From positions 42,472,001 through 42,536,000 of the forward strand of contig NC_087245.1 in the NCBI RefSeq assembly GCF_037042905.1: a stretch of 64,000 bases of DNA, in the 5' to 3' direction. The position numbers were made by a program, and so were the translations under genes. Shown piece after piece: positions 37,503-51,127 of the stretch (position 1 is the first letter of the stretch; each line of letters opens with the position of its first letter). The DNA comes from Lytechinus pictus. Lineage: Eukaryota. The notes under the pieces were generated by a model, which was given only the letters and a program-made list of their open reading frames with translations, was not told where the DNA came from and ran no database searches.

Positions 37503-38792
37503 CAGTGGCGTAGCTAGGATTTTTTCCTGGGGGCACTGGGGGTCCTTACTTTTTCAGGGGGGGGGGGAGCACCATTTTTTCCGGTGTGTGTGTACTGGCG
37601 GATCCGAATTTCGCCAATAGCTAGGGATGGGGGCCGAAATTATCTTCACCTTTATATTCCCCGATCAGTCACTTCTTAGTTTTATTCTTATAAAACAACA
37701 TATTAAACATGAAATAATCTCATAAGCCTTATAAAAAGTGCGAGCGCGAAGCGCGAGCGATTTTTTTTTTTACTTTCATGTATTTTGTCCTGAAAATTTG
37801 ATACTCTGGGCAATGTTATGTGTGATCCTGAACAAGATTCGTATGTAACTAGATGGTTACTGCGAACGGCAAGCGCGAGTAACTGTTACTAACTTTTAGT
37901 TACTGTTCTAGCATTATTGAAAAGGGACCTGTTAAGGACTGCTTACAGTTACCTACGAAGACGGTATATATTTCAATAATGCGAGCGCGAAGCGCGAACA
38001 ATTTTATTTTGACATTCCGACCTAAAAAGTGGTCATTCTATGCACTTTTTCTATTAATAAATGGGATAGGAATGTAACTAAACAAGTGATGCGAGCGGAA
38101 GCGCGAGAGAAAATTGATATTTTAGACCTAAAAGCGGGACATGTAAATCATGAATAGGATATAGTTAATTGGGTATCATTTATAATGTGATCGTGAAGCG
38201 CGAGCAGATAGTTATTGATATTCTGATGTGAAACTGGATAATTTAAATACATTTTAAATAAAGAACATGCAGGCTATCGCGTATGTTTTAGATTTAGACC
38301 TAGAATCTGGGTATTTTGAATACATTTGTTTAATGGAACATTATGGAATACACGTAGACAATAGAAACTTGCCAAATCAAACAATGAGACCACGCAGTGT
38401 GAGCTGATATGTAGACCGTAAAACGGATATTTTACAGAGCACTTAAATTTGTAAATGAAAAAAAATTAATGAAAGCTCGATGTCCGAGCTAAAATATGTT
38501 TTGTATATTGACATGATATTGAATCTCATTGAACAGGCAATTCTAGCGCACAGCGCAAGCAAAAATTTCATATAGTAACAAAAAAGATTTGTTTTTTCCC
38601 CTAACATTATTTCATTCACTTATTTTCCTCTTCTTTTTTTCATCTGTCTTCTTTTCCTTTTTTCTTTTCTTCTTTCTCCCTTTTTTCTCTTTTTTTTTGC
38701 TCTGCCATTTTTTCAGGGGGGCACCTGGGGGGCACACCAAATCTCAGGGGGGGGGGGCATATACCCCCAGGCCCCCCATAGATAGGCCACTG
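37503..38792. mobile_element. hAT-type non-autonomous element (poly-G family with GCGAGCGCGAAGCGCGAG motifs)
   Basis: Termini CAGTGGC / GCCACTG with an 8-bp TSD CAACTAAA on both sides. Confidence 0.75.
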
Positions 38793-39528
38793 CAACTAAA
38801 GTGTTTATTGTGTCGTGTGACTGGTCCAAACAAATTAACCGCTAGCAGTGTGTCTGAGAAAAGAGAGTGTTCGCTCCACGGATTTTAAAAAAAAAATGTT
38901 TTGTCGAATTCGCTTCTTGACAAAAAATAACCATCCGAGAAGTCTGTCGAAAATTGGTTAACCAAGATAGCTGTTTTGCCCTGGACTCTGGACAAATGAC
39001 ACATTTTCATTTTTTTGGTCAACTCCGAAAGTTAGGACTAATCTGCTGTTCTCGTTCACCAATTTTCGGCAAAGACCTGCCAGCTGTTCATTGTCATTTG
39101 ACGGTCATATTTCTTCTTGGATCCGTCGTGCGTCGCAGAGCGAAAACTACCTAATATAATGGCATTATACCACCGACTCGATGTGGGTCACACTCTTTAT
39201 GAGAAAATGTATCTTTAATAATGTTATTGGTGGAGCAGGGGGTGGGTACGGGTACTCAACAATTTTGATAAACGAAGACTCTACCAGAAAACTCTTTAAA
39301 GAGGACGTTTGCCCGAACGATACGTTAGTTTAAATGAAATCTAAAAAAAAAACGTTTTGGAAAAATACGGTATCTGTTCAGATCGGAATTTTTTTAAAGA
39401 GATATAATTTACTAAATATTGGTCGCTTTTCGATATGACTATTTTTCTGACACTTGCCCTATTAAAGGGTGCGGATTCATGGATGGGATGGTATTAGGGG
39501 CCTGCCCCTCAAAAATCGATAGAAAGAA

Positions 39529-40619
39529 AAACAAGTGGAATGCTTCTGGCGGTCTCACCTGCATCACGCGATCCAATATAGCAGCAGTGCTGATTTTGAA
39601 AACTACTATAACTCGCACAAGATGTTCAGTGATACTTGGTTACTCTTATTTCCACGTTTTATGAACTAGACCAATACACTTACAGAGATATGATTGTAAT
39701 TCAACAAATATTCCCAACGTGGCCAAAGTTCATTGACCTTACATGACCTTTGACCTTGATCATGTGACCTGAAACTCGCACAGGATTTTCAGTGACACTT
39801 GATTACTCTTATGTCCAAGTTTCACGAGTCAGATCCATAAACTTTCAAAGTTATGATGGTAATTCAACAGATACCCCCATTATGGCCAAAGTTCATTGAC
39901 CTTTGACCTTGGTCATGTGACCTAAAATGCGCACAAGATGTTCAGTGATACTTGATTACTCTTATGTCCAAGTTTTATGAACTAGACCAACACACTTTCA
40001 AAGTTATGATGGTAATTCAACAAATACCCCCAATTTGGCCAAAGTTCATTGACCCTAAATGACCTTTGACCTTAATCATGTGACCTGAAACTTGCACAGG
40101 ATGTTTAGTAATACTTGATTACTATTATGTCCAAGTCTCATGAATCAGATCCATTAACTTTCAAAGTTATGATGGTAATTCAACAGATACCCCCAATTTG
40201 GCCAAAGTTCATTGACCCTAAATGACCTTTGACCTTGGTCATGTGACGTGAAACTCATGCAGGATGTTCAGTGATACTTATGTATAAGTTTCATGAACTA
40301 GGTCCATATATTTTAAAAGTTATGATGACATTTCAAAAACTTAACCTTAGGTTAAGATTTTGATGTTGATTCCCCCAACATGGTCTAAATTCATTGACCC
40401 TAAATGACCTTTGACCTTGGTCATGTGACATGAAACTCAGGCAGAATGTTCAGTAATACTTGATTAACCTTATGGCCAAGTTTCATGAACTAGGTCCATA
40501 TACTTTCAAGGTTATGCTGTCATTTCAAAAACTTAACCTCAAGTTAAGATTTGGTGTTGACGCCGCCGCCGTCGGAAAAGCGGCGCCTATAGTCTCACTC
40601 TGCTATGCAGGTGAGACAA
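39529..40619 (-). mobile_element. Helentron/HINE-like element with internal tandem repeats of about 150 bp
   Basis: SubTIRs GTCTCACCTGCA / TGCAGGTGAGAC, TGACCTTTGACC units and an AACAAG end. Inverted homolog at 55689-56655. Confidence 0.75.
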
Positions 40620-41638
40620 CAAACTGGAGGAGGGGAGAAAGAAAGAGATGGAAAACAAATTGAAAAGGAGAGGGGCTAAGGGGAACGTAACACACAGAGA
40701 GAAAATAGGATATTAAATTATTAATGCCCCTACTTCCATTTGCGGCGGAAGCCAAACAATTTAAGGGGGGTCCACCTGAAATTTGGTGATGGACACACGT
40801 AAAAAAAAATTTGACAAGCAAAAAAAAAAAAAAAAAAAAAAAAGGTCATCAACTAAAAATTTAGGGGGGACCGTCCCCCCCCACCTCAAATTTAGGGGGG
40901 ACCTGTCCTTCCCCCCCCCCCCCCCCCCCGCTTCCACCGCCTATGCCTTCTTCGACAGAAGATACATATTTTCGTAAGTAAAGGAAAATCTCCTTTTATC
41001 TTCATCAAACTAGAAAATACTGAAAACCCATAAGATTTCTGAACTTTTAAGTTAATATGATGTTTGCAAAATGATGAATAAAACATGTTGCAACATGAGG
41101 AATGGATTTGTTTAACCAACAAATATATAAATATATAGTAATCGTTAATGTATAAGAAAAAAATGTTATAAAAGTTTATAAGACATGAATATGTATTAAA
41201 GAAAGAAATTGACAAATGGTACAAGAATATATATAGATATCTATATATATTCCTATTTATATATATTATATCAAGACAAAATTTGAAGGCAGATTTACAT
41301 TGTTTGAATGGCTTATAAAATAACAATTCTGCGCTCACTTTATTTTCACAATATAATGTAAAGCTAATTGCTTCGAATGTACCGACATTTTTTTTTCATG
41401 CATCATTACCTGCAGTTGCCTCAGAAATTATGTTCAAAGTTCCAAAGTCTGAACCCTTGTAAACCTTTACTTAACGGATAAATATCAATAGAAGAACAAT
41501 AACATCGCTAAACCCGTTTAGCCTATATTGGTAGACCTTAATGTATTGTTTGTGAAACCTGTCCGAAGAATAGGGACTATCCTCGACATCCATCACTCCG
41601 TGGTTTGTGTGTGTATGTAAATTTGTTCAGGCGTCTCC

Positions 41639-41651
41639 GCACCATGGTAAC
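41639..41651. promoter_or_regulatory. RFX X-box-like motif in a CpG-richer region upstream of the 42024 gene
   Basis: GCACCATGGTAAC against consensus GTNRCCATRGYAAC; an additional TAGCAAC half-site lies at about 41868-41874. Confidence 0.45.
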
Positions 41652-42023
41652 CGCTATGCCGGCTTCGTTGACACCACAAACGTCCCAATCAGCGTGCATA
41701 AGAGCATGAATTGTGGGGGCGAGCGAAAAACCGGCGCGACAGCTCCGTGTAATGTGTGTGTGCGTGAACCCTTGAACGAATTTAGTGCATAGGCACAAAG
41801 CATTAGTAACAAAACACCTGTTGAGTTCAAACTAGCACGCGATCATTAGTTTATCCGCACTTGACATTAGCAACCTCGGCTCATAGACACAAAACATTGT
41901 CTGATATCTCTGCCCCTCAATACCAAACGATACTGATTCTTCGGAAGCATATTCGTAGGGAGAAAATCATAAAAATGGAGAATTTGATAATCTGATCATC
42001 TTGCACCGTGAGCAGAGGCCACC

Positions 42024-42107
42024 ATGTCACATCTACGCTCCGAAATATCCAATATTCTTAATATTGACGGGATGTTTTCTGCTGGTGGAAAGTACCCAAG
42101 AGCAAAG
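42024..42107 (+). CDS. Methyltransferase-fold protein, coding exon 1
   Basis: Strong Kozak context GCCACCATG; MSHLRSEISNILNIDGMFSAGGKYPRAK|gtaag. Phase 0 joins in frame to 43619. Confidence 0.85.
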
Positions 42108-42802
42108 GTAAGGGGGTAATATTATACCATGAAAGAGGTATACATCTACTATTTGCTTGACTATATTAAATACTCTAAGCAATTACGAAATATGCCTACC
42201 TAAGAAATTGGAGCACATAGGTTTTTACCAAAAAAGGACTCAAATATGGTAAGGTTTTAATACTATAGGGCATAAACTATTTATATACCTAAATTACATT
42301 ATTTCTCAACGTTGTAAATTTTATATCATTAAAATTGCCATTGTTATTTGGCTTACCATTACATTGTAACAGCATAATTATTATCATCATGATTTCTAAA
42401 ATCATTATTGGTTTCATTACATGTAGTATTTTCATTATTGTTACTATTATTTTTGTAGTTACATGTATATTATCATTATAATTATCATCAATATTAAGGC
42501 CTATTATTATCATCATCGTCCTCATCACATTACTACTAATATTCCGGTTTTATTATTACTAATATTATTATTATCATCATTGTCCTCATCACATTATTAT
42601 GTTTTATGGACTTATTAGACTCTGTGGTATACTAATTTTGTTCACGATTTTGACTGACATCATTGATGATAAAAAGCTAATTCATATTATATTTTAGATT
42701 AGACATTGATCCTTCTGTACAACTGCAACTTTATATTTATATTACAGATAAAAATCTGTCCCGAACTACTTAATCATTACATGTATACGCAGGTTACATG
42801 TA

Positions 42803-43041
42803 CACAGCAAAAACTGTGGTGTTAACCGGTGTACATGGAGGACCACACCAGTTGTTTTACACCGGTGTTAAATTGGTGGTGTTAGTTTTACACCCATAGG
42901 TGTTATTACAACACCTTTGGTTGTTAAATTTACACTCTTTGGTGTTATGTTCAATCTCTAGGGTGTAATTTTAACACCTCAGGGTGTGGTCCTCTATTAA
43001 CACCAACTGGTGTCAGTTTTAACACCACAGTTTTTACAGTG
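42803..43041. mobile_element. TA-flanked MITE in the intron
   Basis: TA|CACAGCAAAAACTGTGGTGTTAA...TTAACACCACAGTTTTTACAGTG|TA. Confidence 0.7.
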
Positions 43042-43618
43042 TATATGCTGTCATGCACAAATTTATTACAGTTCTTTGGTCTCATGATTATCTACGTGAG
43101 GACAGCTTTAAATGATCTGACTTTATATGACCTTCGATAACGACTTATGTTGTATTTACATAACTGTCCTCTCTTCGTGGACTAATAATGATCTATGTGA
43201 TCTATTTATTTCTGGAAGGAACTTTTCATATTAGGTTCTCTATTTATTTAACATGGCCCTCCATGGAAAACAGGGGTAATGGAGCACCCCCACAGATTTT
43301 TGCTGGGGGCACTGCGTATCTTATAAACCATCACAGCAGCACCCCCTCGAAATTAGGTTTTATGTTAAAATGTAGACATTACCAAACTCGCCTTCATTTT
43401 GGGGCGAAACCCCCTTTCCCCTCTTCCTAAATCTTTCCCAGGCACCTGTAAAGGCGTATTTTAAATTCATTTATAGGGTCAACAGCCTCAAAGAAAATAG
43501 TAGGCCTTTCGTGCACGCTCATCAAGAGAAAGTCCGTGTTAATCAACTAGGATATACTGCCCTCTTCACTAAAATACTGATATATCCCATTTTGTTATGT
43601 ATTATTATATTTTCGCAG

Positions 43619-44674
43619 ACTATGCAGGAGACGGATGTCCATAAACCCGTGTCTGACCCGGGGCCTTTCACACCAAGAGACCCACTTCTACCGGGTGTCC
43701 CGCAACCCTTCGCTGTCATCAGTGAACATTGGTCGGATAGGCTACATCTCCCGCTCTATGACGACAATGACATCTTCAGTTTTGGCAAGGTCTACGAGGA
43801 CGCCATGTACAAGTTGGTCCACAAACATCTGGAGCTGGATACCCATGACCGCTTCGCGTACGTCGGCAACAGCAAAGGCAGCTTCGCGGAAAAGCTCAAG
43901 GAAAAGTTCTGCTTACTTCAACCCATGGTTAACATATACCCCGGGTTGATACACTACGAGGAAACCAGCAACCAGAGAATGTTGCCGTTTAAGATCAAGC
44001 ACGTCGGCGCTGAAGAATACTTCCGACAGCTGTCGATGGATTTAGAAGGTAAGAAAGATGCGCCATTTGACAAGATGATGCTGAAAGACGCCAGTGAACA
44101 TTTTACGAATCCAGCGGTGACATTTGCGCATATAATGAGAACGATCTCTTCCTTAGGGAAAGTCTTAATTGTCCACCGACCGGGACCAATGAATACATTA
44201 CCTTTGTTTTCAGCAGCAAATAAACGACTAACCGAAGAAGATAACGACGAACCGTATACGAAACTTATCAAAAGCTTGCAGCAAATCCGAGTCGACGTTC
44301 GATGGGAGATCGAGACGCTGCCAATCGTCATGCCGAAAGCAAAATGGTTAGCAATGCTACAGAAAAGGTTCCCACCACAGATGGAGATTGCGAGTCAGGG
44401 GCAAGTGCAACAGGGTGTACGCGAATTGACAGAAGGGATGCTGAAATACGCGGGAGAAACAGTCGAATTTTATGACCGCCTGCTCTTCATCACCGCCTGT
44501 CATCCGATGGTCGATTGCGGATACCCGAGTGTCCAGAGAAGTGGTGCTGCTGCAACGCAACCGTATCCGGGATTGCTGAATCAGAAATACACCTTGACCG
44601 TCACGCCGGATATCTATAAACATTTACGAGAGTTGGAGAAGAAACCAGCTGAAAAGAAGAAGATTATTAGGTGA
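43619..44674 (+). CDS. Class I SAM-dependent methyltransferase-like protein, exon 2 (379 aa in total)
   Basis: tttcgcag|ACT acceptor and a 351-codon open frame of higher GC. Motifs FAYVGNSKGSF (degenerate motif I), GAEEY, FDKMMLKDASEHF and GKVLIVHRP. AATAAA at 44922. Confidence 0.85.
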   Translation, partial: TMQETDVHKPVSDPGPFTPRDPLLPGVPQPFAVISEHWSDRLHLPLYDDNDIFSFGKVYEDAMYKLVHKHLELDTHDRFAYVGNSKGSFAEKLKEKFCLLQPMVNIYPGLIHYEETSNQRMLPFKIKHVGAEEYFRQLSMDLEGKKDAPFDKMMLKDASEHFTNPAVTFAHIMRTISSLGKVLIVHRPGPMNTLPLFSAANKRLTEEDNDEPYTKLIKSLQQIRVDVRWEIETLPIVMPKAKWLAMLQKRFPPQMEIASQGQVQQGVRELTEGMLKYAGETVEFYDRLLFITACHPMVDCGYPSVQRSGAAATQPYPGLLNQKYTLTVTPDIYKHLRELEKKPAEKKKIIR

Positions 44675-47600
44675 TGATGTGCCTCTCTGATTATTCCCTT
44701 TATTTAGTGCCATAACAAGTAGCTGTAATCAATTCAATTGAATGAAACGGATAGAAAATGCAGATTGAAATCATTGATGTAAACTTTCACATGAAAAACT
44801 ATGCGAGTAGACAATACCTCAAAGAATTATCAAAGAATTATCAAAATAGTTTTTCATCCTAATTTCATACAGATGTATAAGACTATATAGTTATAAACGC
44901 TTAGACTGATTATATCACAGGAATAAACTGTTGTCTAAGAAGATAGAAGAGTATTGATTGAAAATAATTGAGAACTCCGGGTAACATTAAGTTTAGCCAT
45001 TGATCTCGGGGCTGGTTTTACGACTCATTATACACAATAATCAATGTATAATCAATCGTAGAAATCATCCCACGGTCAACCAACTAGATCCATGTCAAGT
45101 GGCCCTGCATGACTGGCCTTCCTGGCATAGCAGCAACAACTGTATTTAAAGCGATATCGTCGCGCAAGCATTATCCATTCTCACTGACAGCAAAAAAAAT
45201 CTATATTGGTGAATGCAATCCTTCACATCATGTCGCCTAGCACAAACCTACTTTGGGTTATTAGAAGGTAATGGTCTATTGGATACAACCTTGAATGAGA
45301 ATAGTCATGTTTACAGTCATTAATGACAGTTGATGTCCTTTACCAGGCAACCTCCCCGAGTGAACGTGAACATCTGCTGTTTTTAAGACACGGTTAATCA
45401 ATAATCGATAACAATCGATACAGAGAATGTGATTGATTTTAGTGATGGAAGAATGGTTTGATTCATATGTCAAAGAGATCTAAGGTATTTTTTTGTGGAT
45501 AGGAAAGATCTACTTTTGGGATAAAAACAAAATATATTGGCGTTAGCAGAATGACAATGATATAATGATGTAATGTAATATGGAATGTGTCAGGAGAAAG
45601 AATAGGTAACCACTCACGGGCTCACAAATTGAAAAAAAAAAGAAGTTAACCCATAAGTCCAACAAAGAAAGGAGAGTTCAAATGTGTATACTAAACGAAA
45701 CACTGGTGTACATTTTAGGGCGAAATCGTGCACCCTAAGTCAGTATGAAAAGGGCGAAAACTTGAATTTGCGAAGAATGTGCATTTTGCAGATACACCAC
45801 GGACGGGGTGACGGCCGACTGTGAAAAAAAAAAAATCACCGTTTGGGGGTATTGTTTACACTCTACACTCAGCAGCTTCTTTTTGCCACTCTATAAAATG
45901 CCCACTTGTATTTCGTCTCAGCACCTTTTTAGCATGTTTAGGGTGCAGCTTTCTCCATCATTAAATGTGCAAAAATGTCTGATCACGCATTTGCACCTCC
46001 CGGTGTGCTGCTTTTGTACATTTAATACCCCTATGGTTGAAACTCGAATGCCCATTTCTTAGTCATTTACTGTAATTTGTTTCTTAAAAAAAAGGAATCC
46101 CACGCCCCATGTTTATGAAGATATCAAGTCTATGTTAGACCTTTCGTTGCTGTTGTCTGAAATGGAAATTGCCTCCATGCACTATAATCATTAAAGGGCC
46201 ATTTTTTATTTTAATATTTATTATTGCCCCACCTGATTGGAACCGTTTAAGATTCTTCAAAGGGTCAGTAAAGAGGTTTAAGCAAAGAGTTATTTGACAT
46301 CAGTAGGCCCTATTTTCTCTACAAGTAATGTCTCCGCCAGGTTTGCGGTTCATGAGAGATGTGAATATTTCTTTATATATTTATTCTGAAAGTCATAAGA
46401 AGGGCATTGCATGTTTTAAAACGCAACCATTTTCTAAATATAAGTTTATTTTATTTGTGGTAGTGTTGCGTGAACTTTTTTGTAGTCTATGTAAACGAAG
46501 TTGTCTATCATTTTGTTCAGATACTTAAGTTTATTGACGAACATTTTGCAATTACAATCCGTCCAATAATTTTCTAAATAACAAAAAGATTGTATTTACC
46601 TGTATTTCAATGTAGATAATTTCATTGGTGTACAATACATGTTGCTAAAAGTAAAATACCAAGGGTTAACTTGGTCTAATTTAGCAAGCATGCAACCTTG
46701 GAGGGAATATCAAGCTCGATGTAAATTTTCAAGTTTGTTTACAAGTAAAATTGAATACATTAAGTTAGACATGTTTCATAAGAATCAATATTATCTGTAT
46801 AGATAGTTTTATTTATTTCTCTAATTTGACATGCAACTGTAATGTTTACATGATGGTCTTATGCAAATATGCATTCTATTCCATGCAAAACCTTGAATGA
46901 TTTTGATCAAATTAATTGTAATCCAGTATTCGTCTTGTGCAATCTATATTGAACTGTGTGTGCGTGAAAAATATATAAAGCAATTTTGTATATTTGTCGT
47001 GTATTTTCCCCGTTAAACCTTCTTTCAGAAGAGTTTTTTTTTAAATAATATTATGCTTCCGTGATCTATAGTAGTAGCTCTACTTTAAGAAATTCTCATT
47101 GTAACAAAATCACAGATTTAAGGTTGGGATTAGAAAATATGAATTTAAATGCTCGGAGTACATTATAAAAAAAATTAACTCCGCAAGCACGTCAGCAATA
47201 AATCAGTTTGGGCGTCTTTACAGGGGTATCCCGGACTGAAAATAATTATAAAAATATTTATGTAAAAGGTCTCCCTCGATGTTGCTTGTATTGATCAGTT
47301 GTTCCTTTTCTTAAATTGAAAAACATATAGGGCTCGTTGAGAATGTGTTTAAAATTAATATGCAATACAAAAGAAAGCAACCCACATTCCATACTATTAT
47401 TCTATGTTTTCTACTTCAAGAGATATTTTAGTATGTAATCATGTGTTTTATTTAATAAAGTAAACGAAAGTCAAATAAGGATGGTTTTGATGCAGTTGTT
47501 TGTCAACTTTGTGTTGTAATTGTAAAGGTTTCGTCCACCACTAAAAAGCGTTTATTTGAATAAAGAGAGAGAAATCAACCAAGCTTAACACTGAAAATTT

Positions 47601-48589
47601 TGTCAAAATCAGATGTTCAATAAGTAAGTTGTGACATTTTGAAATTTGTTTAATTTCACAAGACAGTTATAAATGTGCACATCCTGGTCGGTATGCAAAT
47701 GAGTTAACCGGTGATATCACCCACTAACTATTTCTTTTGTACTTTATTATACGAAATTTGTAATAAAAAAATTCTAATTCACTTAATAAAATCAAAAGAA
47801 ATAGTGGGTGAGGGATACCATCGACCCTTTAATTTGCATATCACTGGGTTTAGCATAATTGTTTTGTAAACAATGAAAAAGGTCAAAATTGTTTTGTTTT
47901 GTAAAGAATAAGAGAAATGAAAAAATGTCATAATTAATGTCTTATTGCACATCAGATTTTGTTTAACAAAACAAAAATCAGCGCTATGTTTATGTAATTT
48001 ATTTTTTATTTGGATTCAAATCGAACAATTCCGGGGTTGACTTAAATTAAAGCAACTTGTTTATCATCGCGAAATGGCGCCATGTTGATTTATTTCCCAT
48101 TGACGAATATTTCAATATTCGGCACTATTACTGGAAATCAGCCGATGATTAGCGAATCATTTGAGGGTCGGTTACGAAAAGTCAGATATATTTCCTATCT
48201 TCTGCAAGTAAATACATTAGTCTTCCTAATTCAATCTTGTTTATTTTTTATACTGCTATATCAAAACAAATGTTTAAGGGGAAAGTTGAATACCTAAACA
48301 TGTTCGACCCTCAGTGAGATGCACAAGTTCAAGTTTGAATTATTACGCCAGGCATATCAATGATCAGATGATAAAAAAATCCCATTTCAGCTGGTAAATG
48401 TTGTAACACAAGACAAGGTAAATCAGACGAAGCTCTCAATATTTTCGTTCATTTGTTTCTGTGAGACTTGGCCTAGTTCACCAAGCCAAGAATCAATGAA
48501 GCCAAACTAAACTTTGTTCAAAAGTGCTACACACTGGTGTCATTGTTTTTTTTTTATCAAGTGCACACAGAGTTACCAATAATGCATAT

Positions 48590-48735
48590 TGCATTTCCAT
48601 TTATTTGAATGCAGGATTAAAAGAGCATTGTCTATTATATGCCTTGCTCACGGGCATAGGTGCCGCGGCCGAGGATCGAACCCCGGACTTTCTATGTATA
48701 GCCAGGCGCCTTAGACCATTCGGCCACAGCACCCC
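48590..48735 (-). mobile_element. tRNA-derived SINE
   Basis: The - strand has A box TGGCCGAATGG and B box GGTTCGATCCT. Confidence 0.6.
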
Positions 48736-49256
48736 TAGTCTGCAGGCACAGACCCTGATTGGAACTTTGATCAACAAGTGTGCCTCCACGCTAAGGCTAG
48801 CACATACAAAACTTGCTGTTCCAATACGCCTTCAGTAATCAAGGCATACGTAGGCTGCACATTCAGACCCTTAACTCGAGTGAAGGGTTTGCCTAAAGCA
48901 AACTACGGCACCCCACAAATGGAGGTGGTATCTTACTAGTAAGGTTACAACAAGTATTAAACCTTCGCTAATTAATTTATCTTATCATTTGTATAATTTT
49001 TTTTTTATTTTTTACACAGTAAACACGCTATATTAAATTTTATACAACACTGTTGAACTTTACAGAAGTCGTATAACATTTTAAACAAACACGCATAATT
49101 CATTTAGAATTAAGTGTTGAAGAATGAAATTGGTTTGTTTAAGATTTGTAATACTTGTTTAAACGGTTTAAACAACTACTGTAAGGTTCATTTAGAAAAC
49201 AGCATTGTAAAAAGTTTAAACAGCGTTTAAACTTTTCCTCTGTAACTATCTCCAGC

Positions 49257-49453
49257 TTTAACTATTTAGTTCCATATCTGCTTGACGACTGGTGTATAAA
49301 ATGATGGGAGTGCAAGAAACATCTCAGTTTTACGAATCATTTAATTAATTATTTAACTGTTTTAGTTCCATATCTGCTTGATGACTAGTGTATAAAATGA
49401 TAGGAGAGCAAGAAACATCTCAGTTTTACAAATCATTTAATTGATTATTTAAC
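49257..49453. repeat. Two-copy tandem duplication of about 96 bp
   Basis: TTTAGTTCCATATCTGCTTGA...TCAGTTTTAC.AATCATTTAATT occurs twice. Confidence 0.85.
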
Positions 49454-50330
49454 ATTGACCAACTATCACAGCTAAAAGACACACACAATATTTTCTGACA
49501 AGTGTTTTTACTAGATTACAAATGCTGACATAAGTGCTACTTTTGTAGAAGGTATACGGAAAGGAATGATTACAATAAACATGATCAAATTACAAAATCA
49601 ACCGACTTGAAATTCATAGTGTTTAATGCTGACAGTAAAATTAGATGCTCTTATGTCTGAATAGACTTTATATATATATATATTATATATATATATATAT
49701 TACTTTTTATGCATCTGACCCAATATCTAGTTCCCACTGTTACGATTCGCACCCCAACTGAAACGTTGATCTTAATCGTTGATTAGTCGTAGTGATAGTA
49801 TGAGATCGTATCCGATCATTCCTGACAATCGTACTTATCGTACAAAACAAAAATGAATGGTTAAAAAATTCTCGCGTTCAGTTACAGAAAGCTAATCTTT
49901 ACGTTCTTAACGGATCACTTAGCGATGGGAACGAGACATTATCGATCACTACGGTTACTACATTTTGATGTAGAAAGAGGGGTAAGGCAGGGGGATCCGC
50001 TTTCACCATATCTTTTCATTTTATGTATATAAGTATTAGCACATAATATAAGATATAATAATGATGTTAAAGGGATTTCATTTGGAAAGGAAGAAGTAAA
50101 ACGGGTTATGTATGCAGATGATATGTCTATTTTTGTCCGAGATCTAGATTCAGTTGAAAAAGTAATAAAAATTTTAGAAAAATTCAGAAAAGTATCAGGA
50201 CTTAAAGTTAATAACGATAAGACGAAGGTTTTATTACTAGGTTCCTCTCAAGGAAAATCATATGATTTATCTTTTGGCCAAAAAGTGGATTTTGTAAAGA
50301 TTCTCGGTGTATTTTTTTTCTTTAGACGTA

Positions 50331-50493
50331 CACTGTAAAAAATGAGGTGCTAATTAAGCACCTACAGTGCTTGTATAGTGACTGCACTACGAGTGCTGAT
50401 TTTCTAGTTTAAATTTGAACTAAAAAATCAGCACTCGTAGTGCAGTCACTACACAAGCACTGTAAGTGCTAAATTAGCACTACATTTACAGTG
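50331..50493. mobile_element. Palindromic TA-flanked MITE inserted in the Tx1 LINE
   Basis: TA|CACTGTAAA...TTTACAGTG|TA, nearly fully self-complementary. Confidence 0.8.
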
Positions 50494-50868
50494 TAGAAGT
50501 AAAAGAAAGATTAAATTACAAAGAAATATTAAGTAAAATAAAGAAGTTGTTAAACTGGTGGAAGCAAAGAGATTAAACCTTGATGGGCAAAATACAATTA
50601 TTAAAGCAGTTTATCTTTCCAAAATTTATATATGTGGCATCTCTCACACCAATCCCGGGATGGGTTTATGATGAACTTGATCAGTTGGCTTTTACTTTTT
50701 TGTGGGGTGGCAGAAATAAGATTAACAAAAGTACGATGTATTAAGATTATCACCAAGGCGGCTTGAAAATGATGAATTTTCGATGGTTAATAAAGGCACA
50801 GAGTTATGTGGATTAAAAGACTAAAAGAAAATAATGCAATGAAATGAAATGGAAACAATATTTCAATT

Positions 50869-51127
50869 GCTGATGTGGTTTACGGTACACCATGTGAAGT
50901 GTTATAGACACAGTGGATAGAAGAAGAGAAGAAATGGATAGGCGAGAAAGTGGAGATTTGAGAGTAGAGTATTCAGGACTACTTTCAAGAAAGAATACTC
51001 TACTCTCAAATCTCCACTTTCTCGCCTATCCATTTCTTCTCTTCTTCTATCCACTGTGTCTATAACACTTCACATGGTGTACCGTAAACCACATCAGCGA
51101 TTGTACATACCACCATGCAAACCTTCA
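50869..51127. mobile_element. 259-bp hairpin insertion (106-bp perfect arms, 18-nt loop, about 29-nt unpaired tail) with a 12-bp TSD
   Basis: Arms 50869-50974 and 50993-51098; AATATTTCAATT at 50857-50868 and 51128-51139. Confidence 0.8.

Noticed and set aside
43511..43618. Hydrophobic N-terminus (signal peptide) of the 387-aa ORF
   Set aside because: This is the intron's pyrimidine tract; the real start is the Kozak ATG at 42024, spliced to 43619.
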